Assembly: GCF_004010195.1 (NCBI RefSeq)
Contig: NC_057711.1
Span: 71,979,454-71,999,453, forward strand
Length of the DNA stretch: 20,000 nucleotides
Source: Chiloscyllium plagiosum
Taxonomy: Eukaryota
Reading direction: 5' to 3'
Positions within the stretch are counted from its first letter, which is position 1. Each line of letters opens with the position of its first letter. Of this stretch, positions 1-8,630 are shown in pieces. The position numbers and the translations under genes were made by a program. A model generated the notes under the pieces. It was not told the origin of the DNA. It saw only the letters and a program-made list of their open reading frames with translations, and made no database searches.

Positions 1-1397
1 GCACGTATGTACGAGTGTCTAATAACATTACCCTATCTCCTTGTGAAGCAGAGCCATCTAAAGTGAGGTCAAGGGCCCTTGTCCCCCTATTGCGTTGCCA
101 TCAGTGCAAAGCACTGATAGCAGATGGTACCAATGGAATACAGGTTGGCACGTATATACAACAGGCATAAGTTTTCTGGGCATTGGTTTCCATGGCAGCA
201 GCCAATTTGTCCAGACACATGCATACTGGAGGAAGCACAGTGCAGAAAATATTAGAGGACTATTTCAGTTCAATTCACTTTCCGGAAAGTCTCCATCAAA
301 CCAGCCCACTACTCCTGTGTTGGGTTGTGTATTTTAGTGAAGCTATTAATGGCCAACAGGATTCAGTCATCTCCTGCTTGGACCTTAGCAGATGCATGGT
401 CTTTGACAGTCCTCTGCATGATAGCGATCAGGGAGGATATTTGCTCAGTCCGCTGTGGAGATGTACACTGATGTGCCCATCAGAATGCATATCCAATTAA
501 ATATCCACCAAAGGTGTAAGTATTGGAGCTGGTGCAGAGGACAGGAACCAGCATCCTATGAAGGAGTTGTAGCTTCTTCCTCAAAGGTGGAGGAGGAGAT
601 GGTGACCCTAGGTATGGGACTTTTCATGGCCTAATAGTTGCTGGCCTCTGCAGGAGATATAGAGAATGAGTTACAAAATAGGGGTAGAAATATGGACATC
701 TTGAGAATATATTCATAGTGGAGGTAATGGGAGGGCAGTGCAGCACATGATAATAAATCTGACTTGATTGCAGAGACATGGCGACCTCGGTATCATCACA
801 TGAATGGTCATAATCCTCCCCTGCTAAGGCAATGTTTGTATACTTGTAAAGGAACGAGAAGACAAACATCAGGCACCACACCAACCCATCTTGGCTCTGG
901 CTGCCCTATTGTGGTGTGTTTTCTCATAGAATGAGATGATAATAGGGATTGAGTGAGGTGAAAGTGGCTGCACAACTGTTAATGCTGGAGAGATGTGGTG
1001 AGGTTTTCTTAGTGAGTAAATTGGAAGCGTGTAAGGGATTGGGTGAGTGACAGCAATTGAGGGAAGGTGCTACATGCAGTGGATTGTGAGCTTCGGAGGG
1101 AGATGGGTGCAGTGGCAGAGATAGAGTGAGTGAGAGGAGGCAGAGGGATTGTGGCTTTTACCCTGGCAGACTGCAGCTGGTCATTATGAGTCTGCCTGCA
1201 CTGCTGGGCATTCCTCTGGACTGCGACCACCATACTGACTCTGGTTATGATTTCAGATCAGGTTGGCAGATTCTGGTGCCATGATCTTCTCTGGTGGCCC
1301 TGAGGAAGGAGGGTGGCCCACCGCCCCATCACCTTGTTCACCAGACCCTCTATTCTCTATAAGTAAATCAGGGCGCCAACTTGCGTCCTTTAGCCAT
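1..1397 (-). pseudogene. Decayed PIF/Harbinger Myb/SANT-like DNA-binding protein gene (NAIF1/MSANTD-like), at least 3 exons
   Basis: Minus strand from ATG at 1397, with frameshifts and stops: MAKGRKLAP*FT..EGLVNKVMGRWATLLP..PT*SEIITRVSMVVAVQRNAQQCRQTHNDQLQSAR, then a GT donor at 1161-1160. This fits the trihelix pattern (R/K)APRF..ELE.LV..V.....LF......W.EI...V......R...QCRKK.NDL. Exon 2 (~925-764) reads EKTHHNRAARAKMG..ALAGEDYDHSCDDTEV with a GT donor at 763-762. Exon 3 follows a polypyrimidine-CAG acceptor (ctctatatctcctgcag, ending at 648) and includes MCLDKLAAAMETNAQ. Confidence 0.75.
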
Positions 1398-1481
1398 TTC
1401 TGGGGTAAATCTCTTCCAGACTGCAACTGTGAATGGCAGTTCCTGGCTTGCAACAATGGATCTGATGTATAACTTGGGTTT

Positions 1482-2020
1482 AGACCATAAGATAAATGGA
1501 CACAAATAGGCCATTCTGCCCATCAAGTCTGCTGTACTATTCAATCATGGCTGATATGTTTCTAAACCCTATTTTCCTGCCTTCTCCCTGTAATCTTTGA
1601 TTGTCTTACCAATCAAGAACCCATTTATCTCTGTCTAAAATACATTGAACGACTTGGCCTTCACTGCCTCCTATGGCAATGAGTTCCACAGATTTTGACC
1701 AAAGCAATTCCTCTTCATCTCAGTTCTAACGAGTTGTCCCTTCACTCTGAGACTGTGTCCCCGGGACCTAGTCTCTCCTACAGGTGTAAACACCTTCTCC
1801 ACAACAACTCTATCCAGGCCTCTCAGTATTCTATAAGTTTCAATCAGGCCCCCCTCATGCTTCTAAACTCCATCAAAGTACAGAACAAGCGTCTTCAGCT
1901 ACTCCTTGTACGACAAGGCCTTCATCCCCAGGCTCATTCTTGTGAACCTCCTCTGCAGTGCATCTAAGGCCAGCACATCCTTCCTTAAGTATAGAGCCCA
2001 AAAGTGCTCACAACATTCCT
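1482..2020 (-). mobile_element. CR1 LINE 3' fragment (RT C-terminus + 3'UTR) inserted in the Harbinger element
   Basis: Antisense CR1 3'UTR signature (cataaga..taggccattc.gcccatc.agtctgct..attcaatcatggctgat), followed by antisense RT C-terminal sequence (cccctcatgcttctaaactcc; ttcttgtgaacctcctctg). Confidence 0.85.
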
Positions 2021-2205
2021 TTCAATGTCTTGAAGGTGCAAATCCAAGAAGACCCCAGCAGTGGTGAGTACATGAGTACATGACCACTGAGCATAAGAAT
2101 CATGGTATAAAGTCATGGTGCAGAGAATTGCACAAGAAATCCCATTAGAACTTACAGAGTGAAACCATCCAGTCAGATTCACATAATGGACACCTCACAT
2201 TTTTG

Positions 2206-2219
2206 GTAAAATTTAGCCC
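2206..2219. repeat. Probable Harbinger terminal inverted repeat (end upstream of the Myb gene)
   Basis: gtaaaatttagccc is the reverse complement of GGGCTAAATTTTAC, a Harbinger-type GGGC...ATT terminus. It is followed by 3 bp (tgg) and gtct, resembling the right half of the Harbinger3_DR target consensus. The partner TIR is not in the window. Confidence 0.45.
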
Positions 2220-2381
2220 TGGGTCTACATATCAGTGAGTTTTTGTTAACTGACAGTCATCATTAACTAGTGCATTCTCCTTGGTCATGTCTCTGCCAAT
2301 CACAGTCCACTTGCCAGCCATTCAACACTCTCCTCTCATACAGGATAATTAAGCCTTTTTAATTTACTTTGGTATTTTTGA

Positions 2382-2608
2382 GGGGTTGGTTCACTCAATA
2401 GGCTGGATGGCTGACTTGTGATATAGAATGCCCACCAACAACCAAGTTTCAATTCCCACACCAGCTGAGGTCACCATGAAGCTATTGTCTTCTCAACCTC
2501 TCCCCTTGCCTGAGGCGTGGTGACGCTCACGTTAAACCGCCAGCAATCGTCTACCTGTGAAGGGAAAGCAGTCTTATGATCTGGTAAGACAATGGCAACT
2601 TTTTAACC
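2382..2608 (+). mobile_element. tRNA-derived SINE
   Basis: tRNA-like head (ggggttggttcactcaatagg, decayed A box; gtttcaattccc, B box ~2445-2457), a body recalled from shark SINEs (ctcaacctctccccttgcctgaggcgtggtgac..gttaaacc), a T-rich tail, and a short ttg duplication on both sides. Confidence 0.75.
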
Positions 2609-2613
2609 TTGCA

Positions 2614-2654
2614 AATTGTTCTGAGGAGCGCAAGGCACGAAAGGTTTTTACAAA
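2614..2654 (+). ncRNA. Degenerate minimal type I hammerhead ribozyme motif (Penelope-associated)
   Basis: CTGAGGA (2621-2627), stem II gcgc-aag-gcac with one mismatch, CGAAA (2638-2642), and stem I ttgt/acaa. Confidence 0.5.
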
Positions 2655-2689
2655 ATGTCTCCTTCCTCAGCAATACTCAAGATCTGTAT

Positions 2690-3396
2690 ATCCAAATAAC
2701 TTTCTTGATTACTCCTGTCTTTATCGGGTCTTTCAGGTTGGAATTGAGGGCAGCTGCAATTCTCTTCAGCATTTGCCAAGTTGGTGTTACACTATCATCC
2801 ACTTTTGAGATGGAATTTTCCAGGAAGATCTCCAAGAATTGTGAAAACATATTTGTAACTTGTCAGAATCTGTTTAGCAGTCAATGGTCTGCTGCTCTGT
2901 GAAATGGTGCAAATCTCTTCTGACACATGTAGGATAAGTTTTAGACTTGTTTCGGCTGAGATGAGGGGATTTTACTTCATGGCTAATATCTGAAACTGCA
3001 TGTCTTCATTTCTTCTCTTTACACCAGGCTCAGAGTTTCCTCTTGGAGAAGTATCATTCCATCATATCGGATCATTTTTACCTTCAACAGCGTCAGTTTT
3101 GTGTCAACATCTTGAGTCACTTAGCATTTGTCTGCAAAGCTCATGACTTTGTACATTCCATCAATGCCTATCTCACATTCACATAATACTCTCCTTCTGT
3201 AGACATTATTCAAACAGTCATAAAACATTTATCACCTTTGGACTGAACAGCACTAACCTGCGCTATGATACAATGATTCTCCAGAATCATCCAACAGCTC
3301 GCCAGCAGCTATTTTTATCATTTTTCTTTCCTTTCCAGCTGAGGAACTATGTGTGCCATTTGATTCAGTTCTTGCAGTTAAAGTATAACTTTCCCC
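2690..3396 (-). mobile_element. Ty3/Gypsy LTR retrotransposon relic: Gag zinc-knuckle end, aspartic protease, start of RT
   Basis: Minus-strand reading with frameshifts: GKLYFNCK.LNQMAH (knuckle); CEIGIDGMYKVMSF (decayed D-T-G site); KVKMIRYDG; MQFQIL..NPLISAETSLKL; YKYVFTILGDLPGKFHLKVDDSVTP...KRIAAAL...KTGVIKKV. This matches the protease-RT linker of Mag/K02A2.6-like Gypsy Pol. Confidence 0.8.
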
Positions 3397-3570
3397 ATAA
3401 GAACATCAGACATTGGCACTGAAGTAGGCCATTCAGCCCAATAGATCTGATTTACGATTTCATTGAGATCACGGATGACCCAATAATCCTTAACCCCACT
3501 TCCTTCGTTTTCATCATTATCCTTAATTCATAGGGTCATAGAGTCATACAACATGGAAACAGACCATTTA

Positions 3571-3657
3571 GCTGAAAATGTGTTGCTGGAACAGCGCAGC
3601 AGGTCAGGCAGCATCCAGGGAACAGGAGAATCGACGTTTCGGGCATAAGCCCTTCTT
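3571..3657 (-). mobile_element. Short Penelope-derived repeat with 5'-truncated hammerhead
   Basis: Reverse complement aagaaGGGC-ttat-GCCC-GAAA-cgtc-gattctcctgttccctggatgctgcctgacctgctgcgctgttccagcaacacattttcagc. Stem II, GAAA and GUC are perfect; the CUG of the CUGANGA box is missing at the junction. Confidence 0.75.
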
Positions 3658-3779
3658 AGTCCAACTTGTCCATGCCAACCAGGCCTCACAACCTGGCCTC
3701 ATCCCATTTTCTAGAATTTGGCTCATTTCTCTCCAAACCCTTCCGATTTGTATACCCATCCGGATGCCTTTTAAATGTT

Positions 3780-3885
3780 TGAAGTCACATGACACCAGGT
3801 TACGGTCCAACAGGTTTATTAGAAATCACAAGCGTTCGGAGCACTGCTCCTTCGTCAGGTGAAGTGTTGTAGTGTACCTGGCTAC
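3780..3885 (-). mobile_element. Short Penelope-derived insertion with hammerhead, 7-bp TSD
   Basis: Flanked by AAATGTT at 3773-3779 and 3886-3892. Reverse complement contains tcac-CTGACGA-aGGAGC-agt-GCTCC-GAAC-gctt-gtga followed by aataaa. Confidence 0.8.
3826..3862 (-). ncRNA. Minimal type I hammerhead ribozyme motif (one core substitution)
   Basis: Stem I TCAC/GTGA, core CTGACGA (3858-3852), 5-bp stem II GGAGC/GCTCC, GAAC instead of GAAA, and a short stem III region gctt. Confidence 0.7.
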
Positions 3886-5849
3886 AAATGTTGTAATTGT
3901 GCCTGCCTACACCAGTTCCTCTGGAAGCTCATTCCATACACGCACCACCCTCTGTGAAAATATTGCCTCTCAGGTCCCTTTTCAATCTTTCCCCTCTCAC
4001 CTTAAACCTATGCCTCCAGTTTTGGACTCCCTCACCTAGATAAAAGACCATATCCACACCCCTCATCATTTTATAAACCTCTGTAAGGTCAACCCTCAGC
4101 CTCTGACGCTCCAGGGAAACAAACCCCGACGTGTTCAGCCTTCCCCTCTAGCTTAAACCCTCCAATCCCGGCAACATCCTTACAAATCTTTTCTGTCCCC
4201 TCTCAAGTTTGACGACATCCTTCTTATAGCAGGGAAACTAGAATTGTACGCAGTATTCTAAAAGTGGCCTCACTCCTTTTACTGAGTAGAAGTCTATCGT
4301 AGACTTAAATATACCTAATGGTACAGCATCTACAATCCTTTGTGGTGAAGAATTTCACAGATTTACTACCCTCTGAGGAAAAGAATTCCTCCCTATCTAC
4401 TTCTTAAAATGATGACCCTTCCCTCCGTGATTATGCCTTTTTGCCCTAGACTTTCCGAAAGGTGAAACAAATTTTCCACATCAACCTTGTCAAGTCCCTT
4501 AAAAATCTTATCTTTTTCAGTAAGGCCCCTTCTCATTCTTTTAAACTCCAATGAGTGCAAGCCCAACTTACCAAGCATTTCTTCATATGAAAATTCTTTC
4601 ATGCCTTTCTATTTTGTGAACCTTCTCTGGACTGCTTCCAATGCCAATATGTCTTTCATTAGATAACAGGACCAAAATCATGCATAGCTGTGGTCTAATT
4701 AGTACCTTGTATAGTTTTTGCAAGACTTCCCTATTTTTCCACTCTATTCTCTTTGAAATAAATGCCAACATTCCATTTGCTTTACATATTACTTGCTGAA
4801 CTTGTATTTCTTTTGTGATTTCACGCACAAGGACTCCCAAATCATGCTGTAGCTTTCTGCAGGCTCTCTCCATTTCAACAATATTCGTCTCCTCTATTCT
4901 TCCTGCCAATGTGCATAACCTCATATTTTCCCACATTATATTCTATGTGCCATGTTTTTGCCCACTAACTCAACCTGTCTAATTCTCTCTGCAGATTCTG
5001 TGTGGCCTCACAACTTTCCTTCCCACCTATTTTTGAGCCACCTACAAACTTGGCTTTAATACATTTACTACCCTTATCCAAGTCATTAATATAACTGTAA
5101 ATAAATCTGTTCTTCTTATCCCAACTCTTAATTTGTTAGTCAATGCTCAATCCATGCTGATATACTATCCCCAACATGAAGGGCTCTTACCTTAATATAA
5201 AGCTTTATGTGTCAAACAACTTATCAAACAATTTTTGGAAATCCTGACATATTGCATTTACTCCTTCCTCTTTATCTATCCTGCTTGATACCTGACCAAG
5301 GAATGGTCTAAGGAATAGAGACCATGTTGTCTCTATTTGATTATATTATGTATTTCTAAATGTTCTTCTATAATATCTTTAGTAATGGAGTCCAACATAT
5401 TCCCAAAGATAATTGTAAGGCGAACTGGCCTAGAATTGCCTACTGTTTCTCGCCTTCCTTTTCTGAATTAGGGTGCTGCATTGATAGATTTCTATCCCTC
5501 TGGGACTTTGAGAATCTAAAGGTTTTACTCCCAGTGCACTCACCATCTTGGGACTTATTTGTTTTTAGCCCCATTAGTTTCATTCCTATTTTTTTCTCTA
5601 GTGACAGTTATTGTATTTATTTCTTCTACCGCCAACATTTGCACTCCCCCTTGCCCCTTTTACCCCTTAATGATTTTGTGTTTTTAGTCCCTTGTTTTGG
5701 GTCTGAATGAATTTACTCTAAAATTGAACTTGAAAAAGAATTAAATAATTCCCACTTTGAACCATGTTCCCAGATGTACTCATTCAGCCTCCATCTCAAT
5801 CAGACAAAGCTCCTTCACACTGACTGTGCTCCTGGCTCGCCTTACTTTT

Positions 5850-6830
5850 GTGTGGCATCCTCCACAATATTTACATCTTGTTCTTTGCTGTTGATCTTTC
5901 TGCTGTCCCTTCTGGAAATATTACTTCTTATTTTCCATTATGTTGTTCTTGTTAGGCCTAAAAGTGTGTCTAAGTGTAGACACTTGTCCATTATCCCATT
6001 ATTTGATGATTGACAGCTACAGAGCTTCTGCACATGATCACCGCTTTCTTGAGTCCAAGCTCCTTTTCACTTAGAAGATTTGGTCTCATGTGTGATTGCT
6101 TGATACAAAAATGATTCTACCTCAGATTAAATCATCTGTCATTTGCCCGAGGTTTTTTTTACTTATTCTTTTGGGGATGTGGACATCACTGCCCATCCCT
6201 ATTTGCCCTTCAGAAGATGGTTGTGAGCTGGCTTCTTGAATTGCTGCAGTCCACCTGCTGCGGTTTGACCCACAGTGGCATTAGGGAGGGAATTTCAGGG
6301 TTTTGACCCAATGACAGTGAAGCAACGGCTGTATATTTTCAAGTCAGGATGGTGAGTGGCTTGGAGGGGAACTCAAAGGTGGTGGTGTTCCCGTATATCT
6401 GCTGCCCTTGTGCTTCTAGGTGGAAATGGTGGTGAGCTTAGAAGGTGTTGTCTGAGGATCTTTGGTGAATTTCTGCAGTTCACCTTATAGGATAGGTCAA
6501 AATGTACAAAATTCAGCTATATATCTCCGTGCAGTCACACTCTGATCAAAATTCTTCCTCTTCTTGAACTCCAATGGTAAACATTTATCATTAATACGTA
6601 ACATTAGGGTCAGGATCAAGACCTTCAATATTTTTCCATACTGGCTTATCTGTTGCACTGAGCAATACATCATATAGCACTGTGCCCACTGTACTAGTAA
6701 CAGAGTTACTAGTCTGCTTTGATCAGGGTTATTGTTCAGTGTTATGGCTCACTTCTGATTTTGCCATTGAGGCTGGTAAACATTCCAACACTGTACCATA
6801 TTGCCATTCCTCTTCACAAGAACACGAACT
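5850..6830 (-). mobile_element. Ty3/Gypsy gag relic, interrupted by a LINE fragment at ~6151-6490
   Basis: Minus strand with frameshifts: GNMVQCWNVYQPQWQN..SRLVTLL; PNVTY...MFTIGVQEEEE.FDQ.VTARRYIAEFCTF | GQMTDDLI*GRII..LLSEKELGLKKAVIMCRSS; CKYCGGCH (5875-5852). Confidence 0.8.
6151..6490 (-). mobile_element. LINE (CR1/L2 group) 3'-end fragment inserted in Gypsy gag
   Basis: T-rich antisense tail, then gggatgtggacatcactgcccatccct..gcccttcagaagatggttgtgagc..ttcttgaa..gctgcagtcc, a shark LINE 3' end recalled from memory. Gag reading resumes on both sides. Confidence 0.7.
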
Positions 6831-6944
6831 AGAATATTCAGAATCATCTTGACTTGCCCAGTAGGACAGAGGTACAGACTCTAATCATTCACTGTTGTTT
6901 CTTACAGCAGTGGGCCCACTCACAGCTCTCATTTCAGCTTCTAA

Positions 6945-6956
6945 TTCCTGACACCA
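6945..6956 (-). promoter_or_regulatory. Primer-binding site complementary to tRNA-Leu 3' end
   Basis: Minus strand TGGTGTCAGGAA; plus strand tcctgacacca matches the 3' end of vertebrate tRNA-Leu(CAG) including CCA. It lies ~125 bp upstream of the gag start in the same orientation. Confidence 0.65.
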
Positions 6957-7029
6957 TCCTAACCTATAAATTTTAATCACTTCTTTTTCTAAAACTGAAA
7001 GAACATAAAACGGATGTTGTTGCAAAATA

Positions 7030-7515
7030 CAGGAAGGGTGGAGAAGAGCAGAGCAATAGTAATTGGGAACTTGATAGTTCGGGGCACAGATAGGCGGTTT
7101 TGTGGGGGCGAGAGAGACTCACGTTTGGTATGTTGCCTCCCAGGTGCAAGGGTACGTGACGTCTCTGATCGTGTTTTCCGGGTCCTTAAGGGGGAGGGGG
7201 AGCAGCCCGAAGTCGTGGTCCACATTGGCACCAATACATAGGTAGGAGGAGGGCTGAGGATGTTAGGCAGGCTTTCAGGGAGCTATGTTGGAAGCTCAGA
7301 GTTAGAACAAACAGAGTTGTTGTCTCCGGTTTGTTACCCGTGCCACGTGATAGAGTCGAGGAATAGGGAGAGAGAACAGCTAAATGCGTGGCTACAGGGA
7401 TGGTGCAGGAGGGAGGGATTCCGGTATTTGGATAACTGGGGTTCTTTCTGGGGAAGGTGGGACCTCTATAAACAGGATGGTCTACACCTGAACCTGAGAG
7501 GCACCAGTATCCTTG
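7030..7515 (+). mobile_element. CR1 ORF1 fragment, SGNH/GDSL esterase domain (frameshifted)
   Basis: RAIVIGNLIVRGTDRRFCG..SRLVCCLPGARVRDVS..EQPEVVVHIGTN...QLNAWLQGWCRREGFRYLDNW..FWGRWDLYKQDGLHLN. Block I GDS is mutated to GNL; GxN and DxxH are retained. Confidence 0.9.
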
Positions 7516-7915
7516 GTACATCAGCAAGACAGAACGTTAACTTGTGATCGTTTCAGAAACCATCTCTGGTACAGTCACACAGACCAACTTCACCACCTTG
7601 TGGTTGAACACTTTAACTCCTCCTCCCACTCCACCAAGGACATGTAGGTCCTGGGCCTCCTCTATTGCCAAACCCGAACTACCTGAGTTATGGAGGAAGT
7701 ACGCCTCATCGTCCACAATGGGACCCTCGAACCACACTGGACCAATGTGGATTTCACCAATTTCTCTATTTCCCCCCTCCCAATTCATGCCAATCCAACG
7801 TTTCAACTAGGCACCATCCTCTTGAATGTTCCTATGTGTCCATCTCCCTTCCCACCTATCCATTCCACCCTCCTCTCCGACCTATCACTTGCACACGCAC
7901 CCCTCATCTACCTAT
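7516..7915 (+). mobile_element. Penelope-like element: GIY-YIG endonuclease C-terminal part and pyrimidine-rich 3' region
   Basis: YISKTER*L.DRFRNHL..VVEHFNSSSHSTKDM*VLGLLYCQ...MEEVRLIVHNGTLEPHWTNVDF matches the Penelope pattern YIGET.R.L..RF.EH...VA.HFNS.SHS..DM.VLGL......LEE..LIF.LGTL.P.G.N.DF. Confidence 0.85.
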
Positions 7916-7959
7916 TAGGTCAAAGGAAGCACCTGAGAAAAACGTCAGGCATTGTCGTA

Positions 7960-8560
7960 AACCAGTGGATTCACAGAAATGTAGGACCCAGCAAAGGAGG
8001 ACAAAAATACTGAGAAAAACATCATAAAGAGAAAAAGCATGCAAACATAATAACAACATATAAATTGCTAAAAAGCTTCTATCAATGTGAAACAAAAATA
8101 AAAACAAGGTGAAATGTGGAACACTGAGTGTGCGGACAGCATAATCTATTATAAGGAACAGAGACGTTACAGGGAATAGATACAGTTTCTTACTGTCTGT
8201 CTTCATGGAAGAATATCCAGAAATTCTCCTAGAAATACCAAGTGACCATGGGACTTGTGTAAGTAAAGTCTAAGATCGTGCTTATCAGTGATGAGGTAGC
8301 ATTTGAAAAGACAGCTGGATTGAGTTTTGAAAAATCAGACAGACCAGATTTACTACATACATAAATGTCAGTGGAAGGAGCAATGGTCATATTGGTTGCA
8401 TTACGGATTTTCACATTATTTTCTGACACATTTCAGAAAGACAGGTAGCCAATCAGGATAAGGGACAGTTATAAATATTATCTGCCAGTTTAAAAAAGAA
8501 TGAATATGGAGAGTGGTGAACTACAGGCCAGGTAACCTGTCATCTGAAGAACATTCCACT
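7960..8560 (+). mobile_element. Highly decayed CR1 ORF2 fragment; its probable 3'UTR lies at ~10230-10330 beyond the younger CR1
   Basis: Remnants: aaaagcttctatcaa (KSFY), tctgtcttcatggaagaa (SVF.EE), aactacaggccaggtaacctgtcatct (NYRP.NLSS). 3'UTR-like agatcagacatgatcatgttgaat at ~10245. Confidence 0.5.
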
Positions 8561-8630
8561 AGATATATAGAAGGTAATGGCAAAACTGGGGGGGGCGGGG
8601 TTAGATAATGCATCGTGAAAAGAAAACCGT

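Larger units (their letters stand above)
2232..2690 (+). mobile_element. Penelope-like element terminal (pLTR) fragment, split by a SINE; contains a degenerate hammerhead core
   Basis: ccaatcacagtccacttgccagccattcaacactctcctctcataca...ttggtatttttg|SINE|ttgcaaattgttCTGAGGAgcgcaaggcaCGAAA. The sequence is continuous once 2382-2608 is removed. Confidence 0.6.
3530..4273 (-). mobile_element. Nested CR1 (HER1-type) 3' fragment carrying two small Penelope-derived insertions
   Basis: Antisense tail catagagtcatacaacatggaaacagacc..gtccaacttgtccatgcc, then antisense RT C-terminus (cctcaggtcccttt..; cccctcatcattttataaacctct; cagtattctaaaagtggcct). Confidence 0.85.
3396..5625 (-). mobile_element. Old CR1 LINE (RT to 3'UTR), interrupted at ~3530-4273 by a second CR1
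   Basis: 3'UTR at 3396-3530 (cataagaacat..gaagtaggccattcagccc), resuming at ~4274. ORF-track pieces SYEEMLGKLGLHSLEFKRMRRGL and QVQQVICKANGMLAFISKRIEWKNREVLQKLYKVLIRPQL are CR1 RT C-terminal motifs. Confidence 0.85.

Noticed and set aside
2382..2460. tRNA gene
   Set aside because: Decayed SINE head; no complete cloverleaf, and it continues into a SINE body.
6957..7030. Gypsy 5' LTR
   Set aside because: No CA terminus adjacent to the PBS and no second copy in the window to confirm it.
8588..8600. G-rich run as a G-quadruplex or telomeric seed
   Set aside because: Too short, with only one imperfect ggggttag unit.
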